Source: Lama guanicoe
Taxonomy: Eukaryota
DNA length: 64,000 nucleotides
NCBI GenBank assembly: GCA_013239625.1
Contig: MU053557.1
Span: 1,309,063-1,373,062 of the forward strand
Direction of reading: 5' to 3'
Positions within the stretch are counted from its first letter, which is position 1; every line of letters starts with the position of its first letter. Made by a program: the position numbers and the translations under genes. The notes beneath the pieces were generated by a model. The model did not search any database and had not been told where the DNA came from. It worked only from the letters and a program-made list of their open reading frames with translations. Of the stretch, positions 37,271 to 48,749 are shown in pieces.

Positions 37271-38109
37271 TGAGTGACCTGGATCTTTTGCTATTTTCAG
37301 TAATTCAGAAAGCAAAAGGAGCTTACTACAAAGTTAGAAATGCTGTACAACACGACATAATCCCAAAGGTATTGGAATTATCCAGCCAAGAGTCTGGACA
37401 AAGCTTCATGAGTTGTTGTCAATTTTTTTTTTTTTGGCAAGGCAGTCAGAACTATCATTTAAAATATATTTCTTGCTGAACTGTGAAGGTCTAAATGTAT
37501 GAGCTTGGATTTTTCTACTTCTTCCTGAAAAAAGATTGATAAAATTATGGAAATGAAAACCTCTTAGCCTTTATGACTACTGGAGTTTGCTCAGTAAAAT
37601 GGATTTCAGATGCAGAAACATTTCACCCTCAAACAGGGCCTTTCAGAATCATTTCCTGACATTTTTACTCATGCAAGTGCAAATGCCTCCTGATTTGTGC
37701 AGATTTGAGGCATGTTAAAAACCCAGGCTGTTCTCAATTATGCAGAGGTTGTTTTCTCCATCAGCAAATTATGCAAGACTATTTTTTACTCTTCTTTTTC
37801 ATCCCACTTTTAGTCCTAAAAATAGTATTAGAATTTCTACCCTAAATGGGAAAAGGTGAAAGAAAATAAGTAAAACTTGAATCTGGTCATTTATTGCCTG
37901 TGACCATCTACGAGGATGTTGAACAAGGAAGGTTCTGTGAGCGAGGAGCCTTGGGAGTTCCCTAGGATTTTGCTGCTTAGAGCCGAGGAGATGAATGAGG
38001 TAGAGTGAAAAGTGAAAAGATGCTGGATTCTAACAGCAGATATTCTAAAACCTCATCTATCTTCTTTGAGCCTTGATTTCTTTACCTGTAAAATGGAATA
38101 TCACTTCAA

Positions 38110-39530
38110 TTTACTAACTCATTTATTCACTGAATATTGATTGAGTCATCACTATGGCTAATTCTTGGGTATATGTACATGAAAGACACAATTCTTCTCA
38201 AAAAATTCATAGCTGAGGAATATGGATACTCAGAAAAAACAAAATTACATGATAGTATGATAATATGTATAAAATAGGAATATGCAGGGAGACATAGGAG
38301 CCCAGAGATGGGGTGTCTGGGGACAACAGGGGTGGTTTTCTGAATGAGTGCTGTCTGAAATAAGCCTTAAAAAACCAGAAGGACTGGCTAAGTGAAGGGC
38401 ACCAGGGCAGAAATAGAGGAGGAGGCTGATTGTTGGGAACAGTGGAGTAACTTAATAACATGTACTGGTATGTGCCATGTGCCAAGTACTGGGCTAAGAG
38501 CTGTAAACAGAACAAAAGAGTGAACAGACATGATTATTCTCTTCATCAAACTGGCATTCTAGTTGTAGAGGGACATCAAAAAAGTAATTTAAAAATTATT
38601 CCACAGCTATTGCGGTAAGAAGTTTGAGGAGGGAGTGGAGTCTCCTGAAGGTGACTATAAGGAAAAGACCCAGATTGGATGGTCAGGAAAGGATTTTTTT
38701 TTTGCCTTTTATTTAAGTTTTAAAGGGTTATTAAGTACAAATTAAGAATAAATTAAGTTGAATATGGGATGAGGAGACAAAAGGAGGGGAAACATTTCAG
38801 GCATGAGAGTGATAAGATCAGATTTGCTTTGAGAGATCACTCTTGTTGCCATGTAGAGAAAGGATTGGTGACCAGTTAGATGATTTGCAGTAGTCCTTGA
38901 ACCATTGACGTCAGAGGGGTTTATGAGGCACGTGGACAGTGCAGCGAGAGAGGAGAGTCTTGGATAATTGAGGTAGGTATGACATTAAGATAGGGAGAAG
39001 AGGTATTTACAGCACAAAGATCATGACCTCCATTGTTGATGTATTGAGAATGGGGCGTCTGTGAAACATCCAAATTGAAATTTCAGTAGGGAGTTGGGTA
39101 TGTAGGTCTGGCCTTCAGGAAAAAAGATCTAGAAGGAAATATGAACTTGAGAGGCATCAAGGTGTAGATGATTGACGTTTCTCATAAAGAGGTTATAGAG
39201 TGAGAAGAACACAGAATGTAGGGCCTAGGCTTGAATAATGCCAAATTTTAATGGCTAGGTAGAGTCAGATGAGCCCCCCAAAAAGTTTTAAAAAGCATCC
39301 CGAAATGGAGATGGGAATTATGAAACACTAGGGTACTTTAAGAAAGAGGCTATCATCACTAGAGACTGAGAAGTACACACTGGATATAGCCAACTGAATA
39401 CCATCGGTGACCTTTGTGAGAGCCATTCTCATGGTGTGGCTAGGGCAGATGGGTTGAAACTGACTAGAAAATAGGACATTGGAAGAAAATAGAAAGGCTG
39501 TTAATTGAGATAATGTATACAATAGCCTGT
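38110..39530 (-). mobile_element. L2 fragments
   Basis: Antisense L2 tails (CATTTATTCACTGAATATTGATTGAG) and body motifs (GTCTGTGAAACATCCAAATTGAAA...GTAGGTCTGG...GGTGACCTTTGTGAGAGC). Confidence 0.65.
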
Positions 39531-40094
39531 TTATATGTTACTGTTATTAATCGCTCTCCCCCTCATTCTCTTTGAACATGTCTGATTTTGATAAAATAGG
39601 AACATGTGTGTGTAGTAGGTAGACAGGTATTGATCAACCAGTTTGGAGCCCAAATTACAAGACATGGATATATTTCTTCTATATCCATACTCTGAACTTG
39701 CTGGGCAGCATTTTAAAGGATTTGCATCAGTGGAAAGCTTAGCAGCCTGGAGAGAAATCACTTTGTTTTATAAGTTTCTACTTTTTCTGTACCTGCAAAT
39801 CCAAAACTAGAGGCTCTCTTCCAGCAGATACTGTGGTGCTTTTGCAAGTAAAGTGATGACTGCTTGGATTAGAGTTTGTCAAGGGAACTTGGACACACCA
39901 TAGCTCTAGGAGCCAAGTTCAGTGTGACTTCTCTGGAGTAACTATCTCAGGTAGACATTTTGAATTTTCAAGTGAGCATTTTATTTTCAGAATGTCTTCT
40001 TTCAAACCGACCTCAGATACTGTTAAATTAAAGCTCATCAACTTTTAAAACTTTCTTGCATAGTCTCTGACCACTTTTTTCATGTCCTTACTGT

Positions 40095-41155
40095 TTTTTA
40101 AAAATTGAGGTATAATTTAACATGTACAGTTCTAAAATATACAGTCAGTTAATTCTGACAAATACAGACAGCTATGTAATCCACACCAATGACAAGTTTC
40201 CTCCCTTTCCTCAGCCTCCCCAGAGGCCACAAAGCTTTTAATGTCTTATCACCATATGTGTACCACCATAGTTTAGCTTGATCTGGAACTTTATACAGAC
40301 AGCATCATGGACAATATATGCCTTTTTATTTGAGCCAAAGAATGCTTAGCAGTGTATTTTTTATAATATTGTTAACGTGTGTATCATCAGCTGAATAGTT
40401 TCCGATTTATTAATATACCGTAACTTGTCTAATCATTATCTTGCTGATGAGCTTTTAGTGGGTTTCTCATTTGGGGCTTTTGTCACAAAAAGTACTATGA
40501 AAACTCATCTTGATCTATATGTGGGCATATGTTTTTATTTCTCTAGGGTAAATACTTATCAGTGAAGCTGAAGAGTCATTGGGCAGCTGTGTATTTAACT
40601 TTAAAAGAGGGGGAAGGGTATAGCTCAAGTGGTAGAGCACATGCTCAGCACCCAAGAGGTCCCGGGTTCCACCCCCAGTACCTTCTCCAAGCAGAAATCA
40701 GTGAAGAAACCTAATCACCTTCCCCTCAGAAAATAAACAACACAAGTACCTTTAAAAGAAACTAACAGTTTTCCAAAGTAGGTGTACCACTTTATACTTT
40801 CGTGGGCAAACTGTAAGAGTTCTCATGTTCCACACCTTTGTCGATACTTTGTTTTGTCAGTCTTGGCAATGCAGTGGTGTGTGAAGTGGAATCTCAGTGT
40901 GGTTTTAATTTGCATTTCATTACTGACTAATGATGTTGGACATTCTTTACGTGCTTATTGGGTATTTGTAATATTCCTTTGTAAAGAGTGTGCTCAAGAC
41001 TTTTAACCAAACTTTGCTGACTTATTTGTATTTACATTGAGTTTTTAAAGTTCTTTATACAACCTGAATGTAGTCAATTTTGAGAAATCAGTACTGTGAA
41101 TATTTTCTCAGTATGTACCTTGCTTATTCATTGTTTTTAATGATGTCTTTGAACA
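40095..41155 (-). mobile_element. Old L1M 3' end (ORF2 C-terminus and 3'UTR)
   Basis: AATTGAGGTATAATTTAACAT start; GTGGTTTTAATTTGCATTTC..TACTGACTAATGATGTTG is antisense of the ...IREMQIKTT region. Confidence 0.8.
40609..40749 (+). mobile_element. tRNA-Ala-derived camelid SINE (Vic-1-like), older copy
   Basis: GGGGGAAGGGTATAGCTCAAGTGGTAGAGCACATGCTCAGCA...GAGGTCCCGGGTTCCACCCCCAGTACC head, then ACCTAATCACCTTCCCC tail. TSD CTTTAAAAGA at 40599-40608 and 40750-40759. Confidence 0.9.
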
Positions 41156-41789
41156 GATATCACAGAGACCAGAAAATAGTGGAAAACATCCTGGCAGTAC
41201 TCAAGTACAAGAGCTACCAATACAGAACTCTGTATCTGGCAGGCACAGTCCTCAGGAACGAAGGCAAAAGAAAGATGCCCTCAGATTCTCAGACGATTAT
41301 GAAGGGTGTTGTTAACAGAACTACTGTACGAGACATGCTGACGTAAGTTCTTTGTGCTAAAGGGAAAATATGAAGGTGAAAACTTGGATTTTTATAAATA
41401 CAGAAACAACGGAGACAGTAATACCTGAAAAATGAGTAAATGTAAAAGAAAAATTTTCCTCTTAAATACTTAACTGTTTAAAGCAGAAACTATACCATTG
41501 TCTTTTGTAATTTTCAACATATGTCATTATAATAAGTATGACAATGGGAGCATAAATTTCACTGCTGAGGGGCATAAAGGAAACTGTATAGATGCAAGAT
41601 TTATTTGTTTTATATGAAGTAATTCAATATTAACTCTCTACTCTGGAAGTTTAAATATATAGTAATCCTTAAAGAAATCACTAAAGAAAATCAAAATTGC
41701 ATATATAGACAGAAAGCCAATAAATACTGTCAAATAATAGCAGTAGAATATGCTTTCTTCTCAAGTATATATGAAATATTCTACAGGAG

Positions 41790-41827
<38 letters not shown>

Positions 41828-42250
41828 ATTTCACACAAACTGCTGATGAAAGAAATTAAAGATGTAAATACATAGAAAGGCATTCCACATTCACAGGTAG
41901 GAAAATTTAGTACTGTTAAGATAATCAATACTACACTAAATGATCTGCAAATCAATGTTATCCCTATTACAGTTCCCACAGCCATTTTTACAGAAACGTA
42001 AAAGCTGACTCTAAGATTTATATGAAATTAAAAAGGGCTTTAGATTACCAAAATAATTTTAAAAAGAAGAACAAAGTAGGAGGATTCACGTTTTTGAATT
42101 TCAAAACTGACTACAAAGCAACAGTAGCCAAACATGGTCCTGGCATAAGGATAGACAAATGGTTCCCTGGAATATAATTGAAAATCCAGAAATAAACCAA
42201 GGCAGTTATGGTCAGTTAGTTTTCAACAAGTATGCCAAGATAATTCAAGC
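41155..42250 (+). mobile_element. Old L1M fragments (ORF1 C-terminus, inter-ORF, ORF2 pieces)
   Basis: ORF 41080-41346 (ILAVLKYKSYQYRTLYLAGTVLRNEGKRK...) resembles ORF1 IFKVLKEKNCQPRILYPAKLSFKNEGEIK. ORF 42159 (IENPEINQGSYGQLVFNKYAKIIQ) resembles ORF2. Confidence 0.8.
41792..41825. repeat. (AC)17 microsatellite
   Basis: Perfect dinucleotide run. Confidence 0.97.
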
Positions 42251-42299
42251 AAGCATTTTCATTATAAATTCAGTGTTTTTAAAACCATACATAGGACTA

Positions 42300-42715
42300 T
42301 CCATATTCTCTAATTCTTTCATGTCAATATTGCCAATTTGAAAGCCCATGGCTTTGTGTATTTTTTTAAATTGACAAAGTTATTGCCATAAAATTATATA
42401 TAATATTCTCTTGTCAATTTTTAATGACTAGGGAATTTAAATAATGTCCCTTATTTATTTGCTGATATGGTTAATTTGTGTTTTTTTTCTTTTTGCTTGA
42501 TCAGTCCAGCTAAAGGTTTATCAACCATATTAATCCTTTTAAAGAATCAGCTTTAGTTTCTTATAATCTCTATTTTATCAGTTTTCTATTTCATTGATTT
42601 TTGCTCTCATTCTTTTCCTTTCTTCTATTATTTTGTATTCAATTTTCCTGTCTTTTACTATATTTTAAGAAGCATGCTTTGATCATTAACTTTATATCTT
42701 TTTTCTAATAATTCC
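42300..42715 (-). mobile_element. L1 ORF2 fragment (post-endonuclease linker region)
   Basis: GCTAAAGGTTTATCAA...CTTTTAAAGAATCAGCTTT...TTTCATTGATTTTTGCTCT, colinear with 1230-1340 of the first L1. Confidence 0.7.
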
Positions 42716-45700
42716 TGATTTAACTTAAATCCACAAATTCTGGTATGTTGTTTTTATTTCCATTCATTATTTTATCCGATTCTTTCTTACCTCCACACTT
42801 AAAAGGGAAGTGCTGTATTACATGTAAGAGAGTTAAAGGACTAGCCCCAGATCCTTTAACTAGGAATTCAGAGACCCCAAAATTGAATCCAGGCCTTTGG
42901 ATATCAAACATATTTCCAGTATGTCAAAGCTGCCTTTCCACTGTGCAGAGCCATTTCGTATCTCTGTCTGAACCTGCCATTTTGGCATTTACTTACATCT
43001 ACTTACAGTCATCTTTAAAAGAAAGTCCATAGGTAGTGTCATCAATGTATCTGTGCCATCTGATCTATTTGAATACAAAACTATAGGTCTCTTTAGAGAG
43101 AAATCAGAGAATGTGCTCTGGCTTTTCTTGAATTGTTCTTATTCGGATGGAACACTCTTTCACAGAATTCAAAATGTGAGAACATAGACCACACAACTGA
43201 CAACTGCAAAAGTCACATCCAGTAACAGTAACATCCTGAATCAGAAGCAGAAAAAAGCAAAGGAGGTGCTTTTGATCACACAGTGTGCACAGAGATTTAG
43301 AAAATGATAAAGCCTTGTCAAAATCTCACTTTTGTATATTCCCTTCCCGACTTACACCTTTCTAAAAAAATCAAATTTATTAGTATCTTCCCAGTTTTGT
43401 GAGAAGAATTGATTCAACCATGTATTTTGATTTCCAAATACAACTGTAGTGGCTTTTCCAAGAATTTTTTTTTAAAGAAATACCTATTGGAATTTTTAGA
43501 GATTTTTATATCTTGCATTAATGGAACCTCAAATTTTAGAGTTAGAAATTCCCCTGTGGTGCTTTCTTTATTTTACAAATCAGGGAGTTTTTCCCATTAG
43601 AGGAGGAGAAATGTATCCAAACCAATGATCTGAATGGGACTCCTGATCCCAAATAGTGTTTGTGTGTGTTTCATGGTGTGTGTTTTATTTTTAAAAATTT
43701 TAGACACATAGACATTAAAATATTTGTATCTTTCAAAATAAGGTTCTGAGAAGTGGAGAATATCCTTGTGGAATCTTCTTGAATCTTTTGCTAAATGTAA
43801 TTAATTATTTGGGAATAAAGGGTAGTGCTTGAAAAGAACTGGTGCTTCCAAGAATGAATGAGATTTAAATACTTTTAGGTAATACCTTCCCTCAACACTC
43901 CAAATATCTGGCCACCTCCAAATTCCTTTAGTTAAGATTCCTCCCTGATTAAACTGAAAGCAAACTAAGTATCAGTTAAAAAAGGAGATGAGACAAATCA
44001 GTTATAGTATACTTTCCCAGATACTAAGATAATACTGAAGATGTATATATGTGTATACATATGCTATATATTTGTGTATGTTAACTATATCATAATACAT
44101 AAAATTCTACCCTGCAGCTGTATACAGATGTGTGTGTATTTGATCAAATTATAGGTACTCTTTATTTTTGTTCTTTTTAATTGCACAGTTTTCTAAATTT
44201 TGACAACAAAAATATACCTGTGTATTAGAAAGTAAATCTTTTTAATTTTTAAAAAATCTTAGATCAGTGGGGACTCGAGTCAGCAGCAGCTCACAGCAGA
44301 GGGATGGTTGGAGGGGACATTTTGTCATAGTGCACATTAAGCTGAATTGAAACGTCAGCAAATACGTGGAGGAGCTCTGAAGATCAGCTCTGTCTGCCTC
44401 AGCCAGGACTCAGGTATCCCCCAAGCCTTCAGTCAGAAGCCAGTTTACCCAGGGATCTTCCATTATGTTCAAACCAGAGGAGTTTGAAATCTGTGAGCCC
44501 TGCCTCAGCCCCATTGCTTCTGGGAGGTGTTGGTAACACAATAACGTGCTTTGAAGGCAGCTCTCCCACATGGGGAAGGCTGTCACGTGGAAGCTGTTTA
44601 CACAGTCATCTGAACATCTTTCCGTCTCACTGGAGACTTCCCCACAAAAGCACTCTTATTCTTTTATAGCTCAAGGTAGACCGCTTACTAAGAAAGAATT
44701 CCTTTTTTTCTCAAAAAAAAACTAGAGCCAAGAGGAAACCTTTCATCTGTGTTGTTTGAGTTCTACTAAACAGTACCAAATATTCTAGGAAATAGCATTT
44801 TTTTAAGATAGTTTGCAAATTTGCTTGGGGAGGGAAAACAATGAGATATTGCAATCCCCGAAAGAAGCAGATTGATTTCTAAATAATAAAGTAATTCAGA
44901 TCAGTTCAGTTTGACAAATACTCACTGAGGGCCTGCTATGTGCATGCACGGCCAAGTTTTGTGGGAAACAGTGGAACAGTAATAGATCCTTGTCCGCAAG
45001 AGTTTCTAACCCACACCTTGCCTGAATTCCACTTTTCTGGGGCTGTGTGCTTCCCAGGACATCATCTGTAGGTTTCCAAATACCTGTATGATCAGAGCAC
45101 ACTGTGGCCTCGTGAGCAAGTGGTATCATTCCCATAAGCATAATGTGATGTCACCACAACTGACCACTAACAGTCCACTGTAAAGGACGGAGGGAGAGGA
45201 CTAGGATGGTGGCAGGTGCGCAGAGACATGGCTATTACTGAGAAAGAGAAGGAGCAATATAATTAAAGTTGCTTACAGAATGAAGCCGCTGCATTTCACC
45301 CGGATCCTTTCAGATCCCCAATTTGTTTCAACTTCAAGCACTAACATACAACTCTTAATAATTTGTCTTAAGACTTTTCACCTGGGGCACTTAAAACCAA
45401 CGTAAACATGGATTTACTCCAGTATGAACCCATACACTCTTCAGTTACTCCCACACACCATGCTAAATGAAGGCAAAATTTAGCATGTGAAAATGCAAGG
45501 AGGAGAGATTTTTATGTAAATAAATATGTGTGTAAAATAAACACATCATTTTATTTTTAAGTAAGTAAGTAAAAATAAGCAAAACAACATCACTATTACA
45601 ACAACGGGTGTGATTTTGGGAACATCCTTTCCAACATCTTTCTTTTCCTATATATCATGGGTAGATGTTATAGATTATATGTAGGACATATGTAAGTCAA

Positions 45701-45865
45701 ATAAAAATGTATATGCATAATATACATGCATTATCTATGAAGAGAAATGATTTTATATAAGTGCATACGCAAGTTACACTTGTGAGATTTGCCCGCTTGC
45801 TTGCTAGTGTGAGTGATGCCAGAATCGCTGATGATTGATGAAGTTCCTCCCTTCCCCGCCTGCAG

Positions 45866-45968
45866 GAAGGGCTCATGTGGACATGCCCTGAAATCCCTCA
45901 GAGAACCTTCCTCACAAGGACAGAACGGCAGCGGGAATCATTGAGGAAATGCTCCCTCAGAAGAACTG
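45866..45968 (+). other. Candidate exon (unknown transcript)
   Basis: Branch-like GCTGAT about 35 nt upstream, pyrimidine tract TTCCTCCCTTCCCCGCCTGCAG|G, donor CTG|GTGAGT; 103 nt. No expression evidence available. Confidence 0.4.
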
Positions 45969-46169
45969 GTGAGTAATATCCCTAATAAGGGATAGTTCAT
46001 GCAATTTGACAATTTTGGTTTTGAGAAGTTAGAGAAAAGCTATCCATCACTTAAAACAAAAAACAAACAAAAAAAAACCCATGAGGAAGGATGGTGCAGT
46101 TCCAGGCTTCCATAACAAGGGGTTATACAGGATGCCAAGTCAGAGCCAAAGACCAACTCTGTCTCTCAG

Positions 46170-46365
46170 AGCTCGTCTGGCTTCTGTCAGCAACTCCGTG
46201 GGGAGGCAGTGTACTATGGGGCGCTCCCCTCGGGGAGTGGAGCCAAATTCGCCGTCGTTCTTCCACACATCCCCACGTCTGGGCCACGTATGCTCCCAAC
46301 TCCATGGATTATTCGATGGGCTCGAAGAGCCTTTTGAAGGAGATTCTGAATTTCCTGCAATCAAG
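46170..46365 (+). other. Candidate exon (unknown transcript)
   Basis: Acceptor CTCTGTCTCTCAG|A, consensus donor AAG|GTAAGT; 196 nt; locally CpG-enriched; in frame with the preceding candidate exon. Confidence 0.4.
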
Positions 46366-47059
46366 GTAAGTGGAAGCTTTTTCAATTAATTAAGTAAAAT
46401 AAGAGAGATCTGAATACATTCTTCCGCCGAATTTGTTAATGCATTGTCTACTAAATAGAAATGAAAGGAGTAACCTATAGACAGAGATAAAACATCAGTA
46501 TTGATTTAGGTGTTGCCAGGGCTGCTATGTGGCTCAGCTCCACTGGACACGCTTCACATAGTGCCGGTGGCCCATGGTGGCACTGATGAATGTATAGAAT
46601 TTGTTACTTGTGTTATTTTGCTATGTATTGTTATAGAACTGTTGATGTACGTGGAACAATTTTATGGTTTTTAAAGGCTATAGAGTGCTACCTTGCATAA
46701 ATGCACCATAATTTACCTAATCAATCTTCTGTGGATGTGCGTTTTAATCTCCTGCTTTCCTATTACAATAATGCTCTAATGAGCAACTTTCTACTTGTAT
46801 TCTTGTGCATCTTCTACTTTCTTCAGGTAAGTGCCTAGAAGCAGAATTAATGGATAAAAAACTATTCACATTTAAAATTGTTTGTCTCTTGCTTAAATGT
46901 TCGGTAGCTCATGCACAGGTGGAAAGCAAATATTAGGCTGAATTGTTCGTTTCCTTTGTTAACGTTACAGCCAAGGTTTGAATGCCCCCCTTGTTCTGGC
47001 CAGTTCTGTAAGTGTCGGTGTCTATGTGTGTATGAATTGTGATGAGAAGGAATTGGTGG

Positions 47060-47450
47060 CTGTTGTGGACACACTGGCAAGCTGAATGCCAACACTTTTG
47101 CCTCCTGGGCACCCAGCTAGACACTACATAACCCATCTTTCCTTATGGTTAATTTTGATCCTGGGACTGGGTCCTGAACAATGAAAGTAGGAAATGGGCA
47201 TCACTTCAAGGTCTGGCCCATAAAAAACCTCCCACAGGAATCTCCAGTTTCTTTCTCTTTTCCCGTCTACCCACTGAGTGCAGAGTTACGTTGAGACCCT
47301 GAAGAGTTGTATGAGTTGCAACCTCCCTCCACCATCCATCCTTTCTTTGCCACCAACCTGCTTTGGACAGTGAAAAACTACTTTTTATTGTATTAAGCCA
47401 CTGGTTCGAGTATTGGTTTTGATAGCAGTTAACCTATCATGACTACTACA
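47060..47450 (+). mobile_element. LTR16-like (ERVL) solo LTR
   Basis: CACTTCAAGGTCTGGCCCATAAAAAACCTCCCAC motif and TTGTATTAAGCCACTG...GACTACTACA end. Confidence 0.6.
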
Positions 47451-48239
47451 GATGTTGTTTCGCCAGAGTATATATTTTGATACCTTCTGAGATGTTGCGA
47501 GTAGCCACCAATCTGACTTACTTTACTTTTAGCAAGCAATTTAGAACTAGGATGGATCAAAGCACAAGAATTAGCCTATGGATTGTATCTGAAACCAAGT
47601 TACATGAGCCATATTTCAGTAGGAGGCTAACAAGAAGCTTAGAATCATAAAGGAATATTAACTAAAAAGCAGTGGTGAGCGTTGAAGGTTTGCTCACAAA
47701 TACCCAGGCAGAGTGTGCCCTGTTAGTGGCTTCTTGCTTGTGACTTTCAAAGGCTGCCCAATTGCACGCAGGGTCTCCCTGGAGCAAAAGAAGTCAGGAT
47801 AAGCTTTGGGGATTAGTGGAAAAGAGCATGTGCTGGAAGCCTGGGGTCCAGTTCCCAGGCTGTATCTGCCATTGACATGCTGTGATCTTGGAAAAGTAAC
47901 CTTCCTTCTCAGAATATGAAGATCCTCCTATATGAAAGGAGCCTGTTGAAATAGATCTGAGACTGCAAACAAATATGCATCCTGTTTATTAACTCTGACT
48001 GATCGTGGGTCTCCACTGAAAAGAATTCTGAGGCTACATCAAGACTTAGGAAAAAGTGCCAAGCTTTGAGTGCCCAAGCAGGGTCTTATGGTGGCATACG
48101 TGTCATATTTTGTCAAGTTTGTATTTGCCGAGTCTAGGGATCCTAGAAAGGGCACTCAGTGTTTATTCTTATATTTCAATTTGATTTTAGTTTCTTAGAT
48201 CTGAAGAGAAATAGCAGAAGGCTCTAAGTTAATATCGGG

Positions 48240-48490
48240 AGTGATGTAGTAGAGTATGAGCTTTGAAGTTTAACAAACCAAGTTCAGATCCTTGTTCTCT
48301 CACTGTCTTGTTTGTGAGATGTGGGACAGATTATTTGTTCTCTCTATGCTTCACTTACCTCATCTTCACGGGTCAAAAAACGGTATCTCGTAGGGTCTTA
48401 ATTGCAATGAAATAAAATAATGTATATAAAAAGTTAAGTGCGAGCCTTGCTACATGGTACATATGGCACGTGTGGTAATAAGTCTTGCAG
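48240..48490 (+). mobile_element. MIR SINE
   Basis: GAGCTTTGAAG...AAGTTCAGATCCT...CTTCACTTACCTCATCT...CAATGAAATAAAATAATGTATATAAAA. Confidence 0.75.
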
Positions 48491-48749
48491 TTACTGTCGG
48501 GAAGGAGCGTGTTAAGTGTGACAGCGCGAGGAGATGGGGGAGGGAGCTCTTGAGGGAATTCTTCATAATCACGGCTCATGGTTGGAGAATGGAGAAACTT
48601 GGCAGTGCCTAGAAATAACATGGACTTTATATCATCTTGCCAGATTCTCCATTAGTTAAGATTTCTGGTTTTAGCCAGTTTGGGCCCTCTCCTAAGTCAT
48701 AATTTCCTTTTCTGCAGCAGGATAACAAGAGTTGAAACTTCCTTCTTGA

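Noticed and set aside
37660..37780. POU/octamer-like motif cluster (ATGCAA, TTATGCA)
   Set aside because: No perfect ATGCAAAT; too weak against AT-rich background.
46081..46389. Single-exon ORFs of 102, 92, 81 and 60 aa as stand-alone genes
   Set aside because: Mutually overlapping with no recognisable homology; kept only as part of the spliced-exon candidate.
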